A stretch of 38,619 nucleotides of DNA from a virus. Lineage: Duplodnaviria > Caudoviricetes. The DNA is taken from IMG/VR virus record IMGVR_UViG_3300020045_004115, positions 1-38,619 of that record. One strand, written 5' to 3'. How positions within the stretch are numbered: position 1 is the stretch's first letter; each line of letters opens with the position of its first letter. Shown here in pieces: positions 16,920 through 27,334 of this stretch. Both the position numbers and the translations under genes were made by a program. The notes beneath the pieces were generated by a model, which did no database searches, was not told the DNA's origin, and was given only the letters and a program-made list of their open reading frames with translations.

Positions 16920-17048
16920 ATGAAAGAATTTGAAAAAGTTACAACAGAAGACATCGTAGCAAGAGTAGATGATTGTTTAACACTATCTTTATTTTTGTTT
17001 GTTCTAGTACCGTTGTTCCTACTTTATTTTGGAAGAGTTCTATTCTAG
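16920..17048 (+). CDS. Small membrane peptide (42 aa)
   Basis: Read by hand: MKEFEKVTTEDIVARVDDCLTLSLFLFVLVPLFLLYFGRVLF. Confidence 0.5.
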   Translation: MKEFEKVTTEDIVARVDDCLTLSLFLFVLVPLFLLYFGRVLF

Positions 17049-17080
17049 ACTAAAACTATTTTTTGCCAGTTAGTTTAGCC

Positions 17081-19699
17081 TTAATTTTCGCTCGTAATGC
17101 CTGGATTCTCGCTAAGCGTTCCTTGTTCTTTTGCATATTGTTTTAATTGTTCTTCTTCGTTTTTAAGATATTCATCGAACTTTGAAAGTAAGTCTTTTTC
17201 AGCTGGATCTGCTACGTCAATCTGGGATTCAATAGCAGCATCGCGTTTATCAACAAGTGCCTTGTAGGTTGGATCATTCTCATAAAGAGTTTGTTTCGCG
17301 TAATCCTTTGCCATTCCTGCACGCTTAAACATGTCAGACTTAGCACGGTTTAACTTGAACTCATTTGCAACAAAGTTAACACCACCAACTGCGTCAGTTA
17401 CATTTCTCTGTCTAACACCTGCACCTTCTGTTGGAGCCATTAAACCCGCTTCTTTTCTAAATTTATCTTCTATGTTCTGGATCTGTTTAGTCAATGATAG
17501 TGGTTCTTTTGGGATAACAAAGTTTTGTGCACCTTTAACAATACCAGACTCACCAGGCGTAAACTTAGGCGGAATTATATTTCGTTGACCCTCTAAAATA
17601 CCCGGCCCAGGTAGTTCAATCTTTTGTGGGCTAGCAAACTCTGGAAGTATTAAAGCAGGATTTGTTTCTGGTGGAAGTCTTGGGAGTGCTTTAGTAGTAA
17701 ATGTCGGCAAAGCCACTTCTGCGTCAATAGCCTCTTTTATGATGTTTGATTCAAACGAAGAAGGCTTAACGCCCTTTATAATTTTATTACCGAGTTTCTC
17801 AGCAAACCCAGTAGCAAGTCCACGAGCCGCTGCGATCTTTTCTAAGATAGGAACAATAATTTTAGGGCTCGATAAAATAGCCCCAATTACTGCACCGACA
17901 GGGCCACCAGTTAACGCACCAACACCACCCAATAAAATTCCTTGACCATAAGCACCAACTTTCTGACCGGAGCTTGCGAGTTCAATGTTTTCAAGTGCTG
18001 CCAAGATTTTAATATCTTTTGTTATTCCAGGAGAGAGTCTCTCAAGTTTCTCTAAAAGAACCTGATTACTTTTATTTCCAGCGTTAGCAATCTTAGAAAA
18101 AAGATTTGGTTTATATTTTCCACCCGTAGTTAAGTCTTTAGAAAGCTCACCGAAGAACTGTCTAACTGGAGCGAACGCTGCGTCTGCTTCTGCAAGTCCA
18201 GGGACATTTGCTCTAAAATCATTATTAAACGCTTCTCTCAAACTAGAACCAATATCAGTCGATACAGTAGACTTTGCCATATCGTATTTAGCGATGTTGG
18301 CAAGCCCTTCACGCGATCGTAGAAAATCCTCAGCTACAACAGGGCCTTCTTTTGCATAAGTCTGTAAGAAGTCATTTATTGCATTAGCATCTGCCTGCGT
18401 CATTACTTTAGACGTAGAGCGGTCTACAACCCCGTCTTTGAGCTTCACACCAAGAGAAGATAGTTTTTCGTTCCAATACCCACTCGGGATGTCTACTTGC
18501 GCCGTAGAGGCTCGTATAGGCTCATAGGCCTTTCCTAGTCCAGCTACCTCATTCTTTAATCCCTCAAATTTAGAAGTTACCTTTGTTGCAAGCTCTTCGC
18601 GACCCAGATTTGACGCACGAGCAGCAGCAAAATCAGCGGCTGTTTCAGGGTTTAGAATAGTTCCAATATGTTCCGTCCCAACACCGATAGACTTTCCAAT
18701 AGCAAACTTTGCTGTAGGAGCTGCTAATTTCGCCGCACCTTTCGCTAAAATAGGCGCAGCACCAAGTACACCACCAGTTGCGCCACCATACAAAGCACCT
18801 TTTCCAGCAGCGGAAGCAATCTCACCGGCAGATTTTCCTTGTACAGCAGCTTGTCCACCAGCTTGCATTGCACCACCTAACGCTGCTTCTCCAGTACCCA
18901 AAGCGACACGCCCCAAAGCACCTTTCAAACCACCACCAACGATATTTTTAGCAGCACCACCACCAATTCCGTAAGACGCCAGTTCCGCAGCACCACCGAT
19001 AGCTTCTTTAAGAACACCTAAATCATTCCCAGCCGCAACATTCTTAGCAAACATTGGTTCTGTTTTTCCGAGAAAAGGAAGGTCGCGTGCTTTATTAAGT
19101 TCTTGCTCTGCTAAAATCTGTTGCTGTTTACTTCTTTCTTTTTCTCCTAAAATATCTAATCCTACCGCTGTCGCAGCAGGCCCAGCAGAAGAGGCTACGT
19201 TATAGATAGCCGTACCTAATTTAGCAGGAGTTTCTAAAATACTCTTACCAATAGATGATAAAAGACCTTCTTGTGGTTGTGCAGACTTTTGTTGTTCCGC
19301 AGGTTTTAATTTCTGATAGTTTGAATAAACAGAAGCAACGTACTTAGGCACATCATAGTTTACCCCCTGTGCATTTGTCCCCTTCATTGTTTTCCACTTA
19401 TCACCAGCTATAGAACCAGGCCCTGCGTTCCAAGCAGCTGCGATCTGACCAGGGTTCATTCCGCTATCTTTCCATTCTTTAATCTGAGAATAAGCAACTT
19501 TGTTTTCGTTCTCCAAAGTAACGGGAGCGTTTGCGTCTCCTAAATACTTTGCAGCACCAGATTTCCACGTTGAAGGTAAAAATTGATAACGACTTGCAAT
19601 CTCGCCAGAAGCACCAGCAATTTGCCGATTGCCGGTTTCATGATGACGAATAGCCATTGCTAAAGCCTTGGCTTGTGGGTCGAGTTGTTCGTTTGGCAT
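17081..19699 (-). CDS. Internal virion/ejection protein with N-terminal lysozyme-like (transglycosylase) domain
   Basis: AIRHHETG, RYQFLPSTW, AAWNAGPG, KYVASV; Gly/Ala-rich membrane-like segments; last gene of the structural operon. Confidence 0.72.
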   Translation of the reverse strand: MPNEQLDPQAKALAMAIRHHETGNRQIAGASGEIASRYQFLPSTWKSGAAKYLGDANAPVTLENENKVAYSQIKEWKDSGMNPGQIAAAWNAGPGSIAGDKWKTMKGTNAQGVNYDVPKYVASVYSNYQKLKPAEQQKSAQPQEGLLSSIGKSILETPAKLGTAIYNVASSAGPAATAVGLDILGEKERSKQQQILAEQELNKARDLPFLGKTEPMFAKNVAAGNDLGVLKEAIGGAAELASYGIGGGAAKNIVGGGLKGALGRVALGTGEAALGGAMQAGGQAAVQGKSAGEIASAAGKGALYGGATGGVLGAAPILAKGAAKLAAPTAKFAIGKSIGVGTEHIGTILNPETAADFAAARASNLGREELATKVTSKFEGLKNEVAGLGKAYEPIRASTAQVDIPSGYWNEKLSSLGVKLKDGVVDRSTSKVMTQADANAINDFLQTYAKEGPVVAEDFLRSREGLANIAKYDMAKSTVSTDIGSSLREAFNNDFRANVPGLAEADAAFAPVRQFFGELSKDLTTGGKYKPNLFSKIANAGNKSNQVLLEKLERLSPGITKDIKILAALENIELASSGQKVGAYGQGILLGGVGALTGGPVGAVIGAILSSPKIIVPILEKIAAARGLATGFAEKLGNKIIKGVKPSSFESNIIKEAIDAEVALPTFTTKALPRLPPETNPALILPEFASPQKIELPGPGILEGQRNIIPPKFTPGESGIVKGAQNFVIPKEPLSLTKQIQNIEDKFRKEAGLMAPTEGAGVRQRNVTDAVGGVNFVANEFKLNRAKSDMFKRAGMAKDYAKQTLYENDPTYKALVDKRDAAIESQIDVADPAEKDLLSKFDEYLKNEEEQLKQYAKEQGTLSENPGITSEN

Positions 19700-19702
19700 A
19701 GA

Positions 19703-21097
19703 TTACCAATTAAATCCGGTGTCACCAGATGCTGCATTGATATTAAACTGTCCGGCTTCTTGTGTAAGACCTTGCTGAACTAAGTCACGGTTTGCTTTCT
19801 TTTGAGCTAATACTGCTGCCGTATCTCCTGGTTGAGGAATATATTGACCACGGGCATTTGTAAATTCAGAAGGAGATATAGCTGCACCAGATTCACGGCG
19901 AAGTACCGCATTGATAAAGTTCTTTTCTGCTTGTTCAAATAGCTGTCTATCTTCCCCCTTAAATATATTTGGGAGAACACCACCAACCAGAGAAGAAACA
20001 CCTGTAAAGCTCGAACCTAATTGATCTAGAATTGGATTTGCTTGTTGTGCACGCGCAGCAAACAAAGACGCTTTGGACTGAGCCTCAGTTGGCTTTTGGC
20101 CGATTGCCATTTTTTGACGTTCTAAATCTAACTGCGCCTGCTGGTAAGGTGTCATCGCTGGAGCAGAAGCAGGTGTGTTTGCAATCTTATTTCCAGCTGC
20201 GTCAAATCGTGTCTGACCCTCTCCCAAAGTAAAGCCTTCTTCTGGCTTAGTATATTCTAATCCAAGTTTACCAACTTCTGCTTGTCTAGCACGATCAGCC
20301 TGTAATTGAGCAAGTCTAGTCTGAAGTGGAACTTGTTGAGCCTGTAATGCTTGTTCTTGACCTGCTACGCTTCTCTGTAAGGCTGCCTGCTGTCCTGTAA
20401 TGAATGGCATTGCAATAGCTTGGTCTTGAATCTTATTTAGTCCTAATTGTTCACTAGCGGCCAAATTAGCCTGTTGAGCTTGAAGAGCTGCAAGTTTGTC
20501 TTGATAAGAAAGTTCATCGGGAGTTTGCTGAAGAGAGTCGGAAATTTGTTTCAAATAAATATCTCTTTGTGTCGGAGCAGCTGGAGCTTGCGGAGTTGGA
20601 ACCTGTGGTGTCGGAGTTGGGGTTTGTGCAAGGCTAAAAGTTCCATCAGGATTTTGTTTCATCGCTGCGCCACCTGTTGTAGTAGGTGCGGTATAGGTCG
20701 GAGCAGGAGGTTGTGTAACCGGAGCTGTAAACGCTGGAGCGTTTGTTTGTGTTTTTGGAGCGAGATTATTTTGAATAACCTGTTTTTGAACAGCTGGAGT
20801 TACGGGAGCTTTGAGTGCCTGCTGTGTTGGTGAAGAGCTTAAAAGTGCTTTACCAGCTGTAACAACTGGATTTTTCAAAGGATTTGTAAGTGCTGTCGGA
20901 TTAAGAAGCGACATTCCAACATCATAAAGCCCAGCTTTTAAGTTCGGAGACGCAGGCGCAGCAAGAACGTCTTTCGCTTTTCCAAAAGAAGAGGCAAACT
21001 TACCAGCACCAGAAAGTGCGTTTGTAATAGAACTAGGTGCCCCGAGTGCCCGAGATACCGCAGCAGAACCATTTAATAGTGAGGAAATTGAAGCCAT
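19703..21097 (-). CDS. Internal virion/DNA ejection protein
   Basis: Pro/Gln-rich, coiled coil, FINAVLRRESGAAIS..E....QYIPQPGD segment; position after nozzle. Confidence 0.6.
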   Translation of the reverse strand: MASISSLLNGSAAVSRALGAPSSITNALSGAGKFASSFGKAKDVLAAPASPNLKAGLYDVGMSLLNPTALTNPLKNPVVTAGKALLSSSPTQQALKAPVTPAVQKQVIQNNLAPKTQTNAPAFTAPVTQPPAPTYTAPTTTGGAAMKQNPDGTFSLAQTPTPTPQVPTPQAPAAPTQRDIYLKQISDSLQQTPDELSYQDKLAALQAQQANLAASEQLGLNKIQDQAIAMPFITGQQAALQRSVAGQEQALQAQQVPLQTRLAQLQADRARQAEVGKLGLEYTKPEEGFTLGEGQTRFDAAGNKIANTPASAPAMTPYQQAQLDLERQKMAIGQKPTEAQSKASLFAARAQQANPILDQLGSSFTGVSSLVGGVLPNIFKGEDRQLFEQAEKNFINAVLRRESGAAISPSEFTNARGQYIPQPGDTAAVLAQKKANRDLVQQGLTQEAGQFNINAASGDTGFNW

Positions 21098-21110
21098 ATT
21101 TTATAAGTTC

Positions 21111-21119
21111 ATTATATCA
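21111..21119 (-). promoter_or_regulatory. Extended -10 promoter overlapping a stop codon
   Basis: TGA-TATAAT, 13 nt before ATG 21097. Confidence 0.55.
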
Positions 21120-22676
21120 GTCTACGTTTGCATTCTCAAACAATACTTCTACTGCTTGTATAATAGGAGGAGCATTAGTTGAAGATGTGGTGTCCCATGA
21201 GACATTGAGAGCGATGCTATCGAATCGTGGAAGCGGATCGCCGTTTGAAGCCTCCTCATACTTTGTGAGCGTTGAGACGTTACTGCCTAAAGCAGAGACG
21301 ATCGTGGTAGTTGTGTTTCCTCTGTCTGTCAAGAGATTGACTGTTACTGTGTGAGTAGTAGAAACATTGCCCCAATAAATCTTAATAGTCTTCGCACGAG
21401 CTTGAGAGTTTTCAGGGAAAGAAAGGTTTACGTTTGGAGTTGTGAATTGAGAATTTGACGCATATCCAGTTCCAGCAAACTTTTGCAGTCCCCCCGATGT
21501 AGTAGTTCCCGATGAAACAAAAAGAGAGCCAGAAGAAAGTTCCCGAAGCATACCGGTTGATTCTCCACCCGCTTCTGAAATATAGTTGAATTTATTGTCA
21601 AACTCTTCGTAAGGACTGCCGAATTGATAGATAACAGAAGATCCACCTGAGAGACCAGAAAGCCAATAGATACAGTTTGAAATAACTTCTACGCTTCCCC
21701 ATTGAGGTATATTCTGTCTGAATCTAAACTTTGACTCAAATTCAGAGCCATTGAAAAGCATTAACCGGCTTAATTTATTAGATCCAAGTTCAGGAGAGTT
21801 TCCTTGAACAAAACAACCCACGGAACCGTTGTAGTTAAACCCTCCCGCTACATAATTTCCGTCTAAATCGTAAGCACGAGTAAATGAGTCTGATACATAG
21901 TCCCAAATAAATGCCGTCGCAACTGAACGATAGAAGTTTGTACCTGTACCTGCAATCGATTTGTAGGCATAAATAACAAGATATGTAGGGAGTTTTGCAA
22001 ACGACGTAATAACGTAGTCATTTGGCAAGTCGAGAGCAGAAGGATTAAAAGTACCGTTTGCTCCTGTTTGACCCTGAAAAGAAGCGAGATTTTTTCCGTT
22101 TGCGATGTAAAGAATATCATCATCTCCAACAATCATCGGATGTGGGTAGTCTTTAGAAAGCACAGCTCCCGAAGCTGGAACCGTCGACATCCAGTCATCA
22201 TCAAAAGTCGCTGATAGGTCAAAACGTCCGACATCGCCGTCTGTGTTATCGTTCCATGAATAGAAAAGGTACTTTGTCGATCCAATATAATAAAGTGCAA
22301 CATCTTGCCCGTCTGCGCTCGCGTGCCCATGAGGAGTTATTGTGTGCGGCCAAGCACCTGCATTTGTTACGGTATTAGAAGATATTGTAATTTCATGAAG
22401 TTTGGCCCCACCGATTGCATAAGCGACTAATCCATTAGGAACAGCGTTTTTAAGATACCCGTCAATTACAGAATTATTTGTTGCATTAGCTCCCGTACAT
22501 CCCGGCTGGATATAACCAGGGCTTCTCATTGGGTCTACGTTGCGTGCAAACGCGAAACCCTTACCAGTTGTTAAGGTAGCAGCTGTACCTGTGCTAGTAG
22601 CCGCGTATTGCGGAATAATCCCAGAGAGCCAATCATCACCGTCCCAGCGAATTCTATCTTTTGTTACTTGTGCCAT
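21117..22676 (-). CDS. Tail nozzle/packaged-DNA stabilization protein (beta-propeller-like)
   Basis: Beta-rich 519 aa after the adaptor, podovirus gene order. Confidence 0.6.
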   Translation of the reverse strand: MAQVTKDRIRWDGDDWLSGIIPQYAATSTGTAATLTTGKGFAFARNVDPMRSPGYIQPGCTGANATNNSVIDGYLKNAVPNGLVAYAIGGAKLHEITISSNTVTNAGAWPHTITPHGHASADGQDVALYYIGSTKYLFYSWNDNTDGDVGRFDLSATFDDDWMSTVPASGAVLSKDYPHPMIVGDDDILYIANGKNLASFQGQTGANGTFNPSALDLPNDYVITSFAKLPTYLVIYAYKSIAGTGTNFYRSVATAFIWDYVSDSFTRAYDLDGNYVAGGFNYNGSVGCFVQGNSPELGSNKLSRLMLFNGSEFESKFRFRQNIPQWGSVEVISNCIYWLSGLSGGSSVIYQFGSPYEEFDNKFNYISEAGGESTGMLRELSSGSLFVSSGTTTSGGLQKFAGTGYASNSQFTTPNVNLSFPENSQARAKTIKIYWGNVSTTHTVTVNLLTDRGNTTTTIVSALGSNVSTLTKYEEASNGDPLPRFDSIALNVSWDTTSSTNAPPIIQAVEVLFENANVD

Positions 22677-22677
22677 A

Positions 22678-23109
22678 TTAGATTCGATAGTCGCCCTTTC
22701 CTCGGCGTTTAATGATTAAAGTTACTTGTAAATCCGCGACAGCTGTAGGGGTTCCTGTGACTTCTAGAGCTAGAGCGTCTCCTTTATTTAGAACGTAGGA
22801 ACTTGCTACGAAGTCCTTAGTCGTCTTGAAAACTGGAGTATCGATCGTACTTTTAAGGTCGAAGCCTGTCGTTAAGATATTAGTACCAGATCCTTTTACT
22901 GTACCTGTTACGAGTTTTTCAACCTGTAAAGTAACAGCTCCACCGTCTGTACCAAGTGTTCCATGCCTCTCTACAATACCCATGATTTCGCAAGGGGCTA
23001 TTGCTGTGAAGAAAGCCCCATAGTTCGCTGCGGTCGCTGGAAGAGTCGAAACAAGATTCGCTGTAATAATTTGTCCATCTTTGTTTTCAACATCTTCAAA
23101 GCTCGTCAT
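22678..23109 (-). CDS. Virion structural protein
   Basis: Beta-rich, within the tail module. Confidence 0.5.
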   Translation of the reverse strand: MTSFEDVENKDGQIITANLVSTLPATAANYGAFFTAIAPCEIMGIVERHGTLGTDGGAVTLQVEKLVTGTVKGSGTNILTTGFDLKSTIDTPVFKTTKDFVASSYVLNKGDALALEVTGTPTAVADLQVTLIIKRRGKGDYRI

Positions 23110-23972
23110 AGAGTAAGCGTAAGATTCGGATTGATAACTGACCGCATTCCGTTAATTTCAACATTAGAAGACTGGTTGCCCCAATCAAGGCGAAGTTTCA
23201 AAAGCCCCTCGTCAAAAAGTCCTTTATACTCTCTCGCGCGAGCGATTTCACCATTAGTTTGCCAGTATTGAGATACTGCGTAATAAACAGGCAAGTCCTG
23301 ATAAGATTCAGGAAGTTCTGACATTTCACCGATTGTAAACGAAGCTCCGGCAATCGTTGCACCGTTGTAAATCTTATCCAATCCAATAACGGTTGTGCTT
23401 GTAAACGAAGCTATCTGATACCAATAACCATCGGTAGTTTTGAGCCAACGTCCTACCATTGCAGAAGTAAATGTAGTTCCGGCTCCTGTTACGACAGTTG
23501 TTCCGGTCGTGATTGAAATTGTTCCAGTAGTGTAGTCTGTTGCTGACAAATCTTTCATTCCTTTCTTATAGCTTACTGTCGCAGTAAGAGAAGAAGTTGA
23601 CGGTGTAGGCCAAAATCCAACCTGTCCGGCGTAGATATAAAAATACTCAGGTATGTTTGATGTTACCGAAGTATTAAGATTAAGGGTGTCCCACTCGTCA
23701 CGAGATGATATTTCAACCGGAGTATATCTTACGTTTCCGTTTACAACTGTCACGCTTTTTATCTTATCAACATTATAAGGGAGGTCGTAAAACTGAGTAG
23801 AAGCGACTGTCGAGAAAGTAGCAGTTGCTTCTAAAAATGGCCAGTCATTACGGTCTGACAAAATCTTCCTTGTGCCGTCATTTATCATCTGATCCGCTAA
23901 TAAAAGATTCGATGTTGTTGTATTGTTAGTCCAAGAGCCGTATAGGTTCCTGAGTGTAAGATAGCTTTTCAT
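23106..23972 (-). CDS. Head-tail adaptor with inserted beta domain
   Basis: DWPFLE, TQFYDLP, FWPTPS, LPESYQDLPVYYA; insert GTISITTGTTVVTGAGTTFTSAMVGR. Confidence 0.7.
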   Translation of the reverse strand: MKSYLTLRNLYGSWTNNTTTSNLLLADQMINDGTRKILSDRNDWPFLEATATFSTVASTQFYDLPYNVDKIKSVTVVNGNVRYTPVEISSRDEWDTLNLNTSVTSNIPEYFYIYAGQVGFWPTPSTSSLTATVSYKKGMKDLSATDYTTGTISITTGTTVVTGAGTTFTSAMVGRWLKTTDGYWYQIASFTSTTVIGLDKIYNGATIAGASFTIGEMSELPESYQDLPVYYAVSQYWQTNGEIARAREYKGLFDEGLLKLRLDWGNQSSNVEINGMRSVINPNLTLTL

Positions 23973-23975
23973 ATA

Positions 23976-24629
23976 TTAAAGCAGAAGAAAGAAGTTTGAG
24001 TTTGCTGTGGACGCTGTAGCTGTTGCAAATGAAATTATTGACCCAACAGAGGTGCTCGCAGCAGGCACGTCGTAATTTAAGGAAATAGAGCCTGTCGCAA
24101 CTGTACCGTTAGAATCTGCAATAAGCGCACTGTCATCTGATGTCGTACTAGAAGTTCTTATAGTAGTTCCGGATCCAGCGGTCATGTTATCTGTGTTGTT
24201 CTTAACAAATGCAGCAACCCAACAATCAGATTGTACGACTGTTGTTGTCAGTGTATAAGGATCGCCACCACCAACTGCGGTTTGCGCCGAAGAATCAATA
24301 CCAGACTGCTTTACACCTGTATAGGTAGTAACTCTAATACGAGATGTCGCAGAACTTCCAAATGAAGCAATGACGTTTTTAGATGTTCCAGCAAACGAAC
24401 CAGCAAAATAGTACCAAACTGATACCTCTGACGTTCCTGTTAGCGTTTGACTAGAACCAACCTGTGTCATTGCGTTTCCGTCCCAAGTAACCCCTGTGCA
24501 AGTAACTCCTAGCGCATTTGACACACCGACAAATACTAAACCATTGCTCCCCGTCGCGGTATGAGCAAGAGTCGCAGATGTTGCTGCTGAAAAGTTATTA
24601 TCCGATTTTGCGTCAAAAGCAATCGCCAT
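23976..24629 (-). CDS. Tail fiber tip/virion protein
   Basis: MAIAFDA start, Thr/Ser-rich beta sandwich, hydrophobic NFFLLL end. Confidence 0.55.
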   Translation of the reverse strand: MAIAFDAKSDNNFSAATSATLAHTATGSNGLVFVGVSNALGVTCTGVTWDGNAMTQVGSSQTLTGTSEVSVWYYFAGSFAGTSKNVIASFGSSATSRIRVTTYTGVKQSGIDSSAQTAVGGGDPYTLTTTVVQSDCWVAAFVKNNTDNMTAGSGTTIRTSSTTSDDSALIADSNGTVATGSISLNYDVPAASTSVGSIISFATATASTANSNFFLLL

Positions 24630-24630
24630 A

Positions 24631-25767
24631 TTAAGCTTCTAAGGCATACGCTATCGCGTGCCACGTCGCAGCAGCTGAATTATATTGGCAACCTACATAG
24701 CCCCATTTGCTTATAACTGTTGTATTAGGAAGAGTGATTCCAATCGCAGTAAACCCAGTCCAAGAAAGTGTTTTTGCTGCACCAGCATCTTTGAAACGAA
24801 TAATCAAAGACTGTCCATCGGTTGGAGTTCCTGTTGTAGAAAAAGTCGTATTATTGGAGATCGCACTTAATTGGTAAACATCCGTCACGTCAACATCAAT
24901 TACAGCAGTTGAGTCGTCTGTTGTAGTAACTAGACGCTTAGTGATTCGTTTATTTGTAAGAGTTTCCGTTCCTGCGAGTGTTGCGAGAGTTCCTGTTGAA
25001 GGAAGTGTAACATTTGTTGCTGCCGAAGCTGTAAGAGTAGTTGAAAAAGCACCAGACGTAGCGAGTGTAGATCCGTCTGCTAATGTAAGTGTTGCAGAAG
25101 TAGCTGGAGTTGAAATAGCAACCTTATTGATTGAAGTAGCTAAAGCAGCCCCAAGAGTCGGTGTTACAAACGTAGGAGAGGTCGTAAACGCTACATTCCC
25201 AGAACCAGATGTTGTTAGTTCTTCGATTGCTCCAACAGCAGCTGTAACACGCCCAAGAACACGGGCTGTGTTCATTGTGAGACCACTTGTCGTAATAACA
25301 CCAGGAGCTACATAATCTGTGCTAGGGGTCGCCGCAGACATTGCTGTTCCATTTCCTTTCAAAACACCTGTTATCGTCGTTGTGAGTGTAATTGACGGAG
25401 TTGTTGTGCTTGTAGCAACAGTTCCGGCAAATCCATTAGCTGCTGTGACAGAAACATCTGTTACAGTACCAGTACCACCACCAGTTGCTGCGATTGTAAC
25501 ATCAACTCTATCAGAAGCTGCATTATCTGCCATTGTCAGAGTAACCCCAGACCCCTCAATGAAGTTGATTTTATCTCTCGTACCAACGGTAGTTCCTGCC
25601 TTAGCGACAATTACTTTCTGCGTGCTTGTGTTATCGGCAATCGTTGCAGAAATTAAAACACGTCCTGTTGCAGGATTTATTAAAATTGGAAGCGGTGTTG
25701 TCCCGTCTGTTGAGCTTACACCCATCAAACTTGTTACTCGATTTGAGTCCCGTTTTGCATCGCTCAC
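24631..25767 (-). CDS. Tail fiber protein
   Basis: GTVTDVSV, SPTFVTPTLG, GTETLTNKRI, GTPTDGQ.LIIR fiber motifs; GTG start overlaps the HNH stop. Confidence 0.72.
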   Translation of the reverse strand: MSDAKRDSNRVTSLMGVSSTDGTTPLPILINPATGRVLISATIADNTSTQKVIVAKAGTTVGTRDKINFIEGSGVTLTMADNAASDRVDVTIAATGGGTGTVTDVSVTAANGFAGTVATSTTTPSITLTTTITGVLKGNGTAMSAATPSTDYVAPGVITTSGLTMNTARVLGRVTAAVGAIEELTTSGSGNVAFTTSPTFVTPTLGAALATSINKVAISTPATSATLTLADGSTLATSGAFSTTLTASAATNVTLPSTGTLATLAGTETLTNKRITKRLVTTTDDSTAVIDVDVTDVYQLSAISNNTTFSTTGTPTDGQSLIIRFKDAGAAKTLSWTGFTAIGITLPNTTVISKWGYVGCQYNSAAATWHAIAYALEA

Positions 25768-26252
25768 AGTGTTATTTGATTAGCCTTTTCAAGCCACGGT
25801 TGTTCAAACCGTAATAATATCATATCTATTTTATGTCTTGCAGCAAAGTGATGAAGACGTTTATGCGCCGCATGATTCTTAAAATACTGAAGATTATTTA
25901 GAGAATTATTTTTTTTATTTTTGTCACAGTGGTGAACAACCTCTTTTTTCCCCATCTCACGACCAAGCGCGTCACACATTATTTTTCGATGTTCCAGTTG
26001 TTTTGTAACGGGAATTGTCTTGTAACCGCGCATGTCATACTTTGTACCCAACCCCTTATTCCAGGCCTTCTTACCACGCATACTTAAAAACATGCAGCTT
26101 TTGGAACAGTTAAAAGATATAAGAGCACGATAAGGATATTGCAGATAATTATTCCCACATTGAGTACAAGTAAGCTCAACCATTGGTTTTCTATGGGAGT
26201 CAGCAATTTTTTTAATTGCCTCTTGAGAATGCTTTTGTCCTTTTCTAGGCAT
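25764..26252 (-). CDS. Free-standing HNH homing endonuclease (NUMOD3-like plus Zn finger)
   Basis: KGQKHSQEAIKKI, CTQCG...CSKSC, AWNKG, EHR..M...VVHH.D.NKKNN...NL...H..LH. Confidence 0.85.
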   Translation of the reverse strand: MPRKGQKHSQEAIKKIADSHRKPMVELTCTQCGNNYLQYPYRALISFNCSKSCMFLSMRGKKAWNKGLGTKYDMRGYKTIPVTKQLEHRKIMCDALGREMGKKEVVHHCDKNKKNNSLNNLQYFKNHAAHKRLHHFAARHKIDMILLRFEQPWLEKANQITL

Positions 26253-26254
26253 AA

Positions 26255-26380
26255 TTAAACGATTTCAGCCAATAAATAACCCGTAACAGGGTCGATTTGG
26301 ATAGGCAAAACAGTTGTACTTACGGTACTACTTGTTGCCAGTGCAGTTGGTTTATAATTTGAGTCTCGTGGAGCTTCCAT
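26255..26380 (-). CDS. 41-aa protein paralogous to the tail fiber N-terminus
   Basis: Not in the ORF track: MEAPRDSNYKPTALATSSTVSTTVLPIQIDPVTGYLLAEIV. Confidence 0.7.
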   Translation of the reverse strand: MEAPRDSNYKPTALATSSTVSTTVLPIQIDPVTGYLLAEIV

Positions 26381-26384
26381 ATGT

Positions 26385-27101
26385 TTACATTATACCTTTT
26401 TTTCTTGCTATCTCGAAAGCTGTTTTTAGCGCGTTCTCTCTACTTTCAAGCTGGATTTTCTCCTTAGCTAGTAACTCTCTATCCTCGTCAAGTAGCCCTG
26501 ATTTAGCTGTATAGACTGCGATTGCGTCTTCTGCCTCCTTTTTCTTTTTGTCTACGTTTTCGTACTTTCTTAAAATATCAAGCTCAAAGTCGTGTTTACG
26601 TTCCTCTAGCTCGGTTTCGTTTAGCTTGATTATCTTTTCCCGACGTTCCAATGATTGAAGTCCGTTCTCTATCTGTTGAAGACTTAGTTTAAGCTCTTTT
26701 TCAGTCCCTTTGTTTGTAGCTTCTTTTTGCCTTGCTATATTAAGTTTCCGTGCAGCTTCTTGTTCAAGGTGTTGAGCTGCTAATAGTTTTTCTTCGACAG
26801 TCTTTTTTGTCTCTTCCAACTCTTCACGCTCTAGCCGGATAGGTTTTAAGGCAATAGCGCACTGATCTTGTAAGTCTTTCAAGATTCGTTCTGCCTTTAG
26901 TCTTTCTTGAAGATTCTCATCAAGGAACTTCTGTTGGTTCTCTTCGTGGGCTTTCTTAAAGGCCTCTAATTCGTCCCTAGACGCGTTTAACTTCTTGATT
27001 TGGCCATCTACTAGACTAGCAACTTTAGCACCGCGCATGACCGTTTGTGCTTCTTGTTGGCGACGCTTTGTCTCTAGTTCGTTAGTAGATAGGAGCCGCA
27101 T
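26385..27101 (-). CDS. Long coiled-coil protein
   Basis: E/K/L heptad-rich throughout. Confidence 0.7.
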   Translation of the reverse strand: MRLLSTNELETKRRQQEAQTVMRGAKVASLVDGQIKKLNASRDELEAFKKAHEENQQKFLDENLQERLKAERILKDLQDQCAIALKPIRLEREELEETKKTVEEKLLAAQHLEQEAARKLNIARQKEATNKGTEKELKLSLQQIENGLQSLERREKIIKLNETELEERKHDFELDILRKYENVDKKKKEAEDAIAVYTAKSGLLDEDRELLAKEKIQLESRENALKTAFEIARKKGIM

Positions 27102-27103
27102 AT

Positions 27104-27334
27104 TTATACTTTGCCAAGGAACTTACCTTTTTCATCAGTTCCGAGCTGCTTCAAAAGATAGCCGAGGAATGCTGTAGCTGCTGCAACTCCAACAAGTTTT
27201 ACGTCCTGCGTGGTAAGGTCAAACCCTTTGTTCTGAACAAGCATCGATAGTGTAGCAACTGACGCTGTAAGAACTGATGTGATGAGACTTTTGATTGCGT
27301 CCCTGTGGTCGAGAAAATAAAGTTTTGAGTTCAT
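27104..27334 (-). CDS. Putative holin (2 TM)
   Basis: Two hydrophobic helices, AFLGYLLKQL.T...GKFLG end; near the endolysin. Confidence 0.7.
   Translation of the reverse strand: MNSKLYFLDHRDAIKSLITSVLTASVATLSMLVQNKGFDLTTQDVKLVGVAAATAFLGYLLKQLGTDEKGKFLGKV

Noticed and set aside
24941-25783. Long plus-strand Val/Ala-rich ORFs
   Set aside because: Antisense shadows of the Thr/Ala-rich tail fiber; the same applies to similar ORFs over groEL and the capsid genes.
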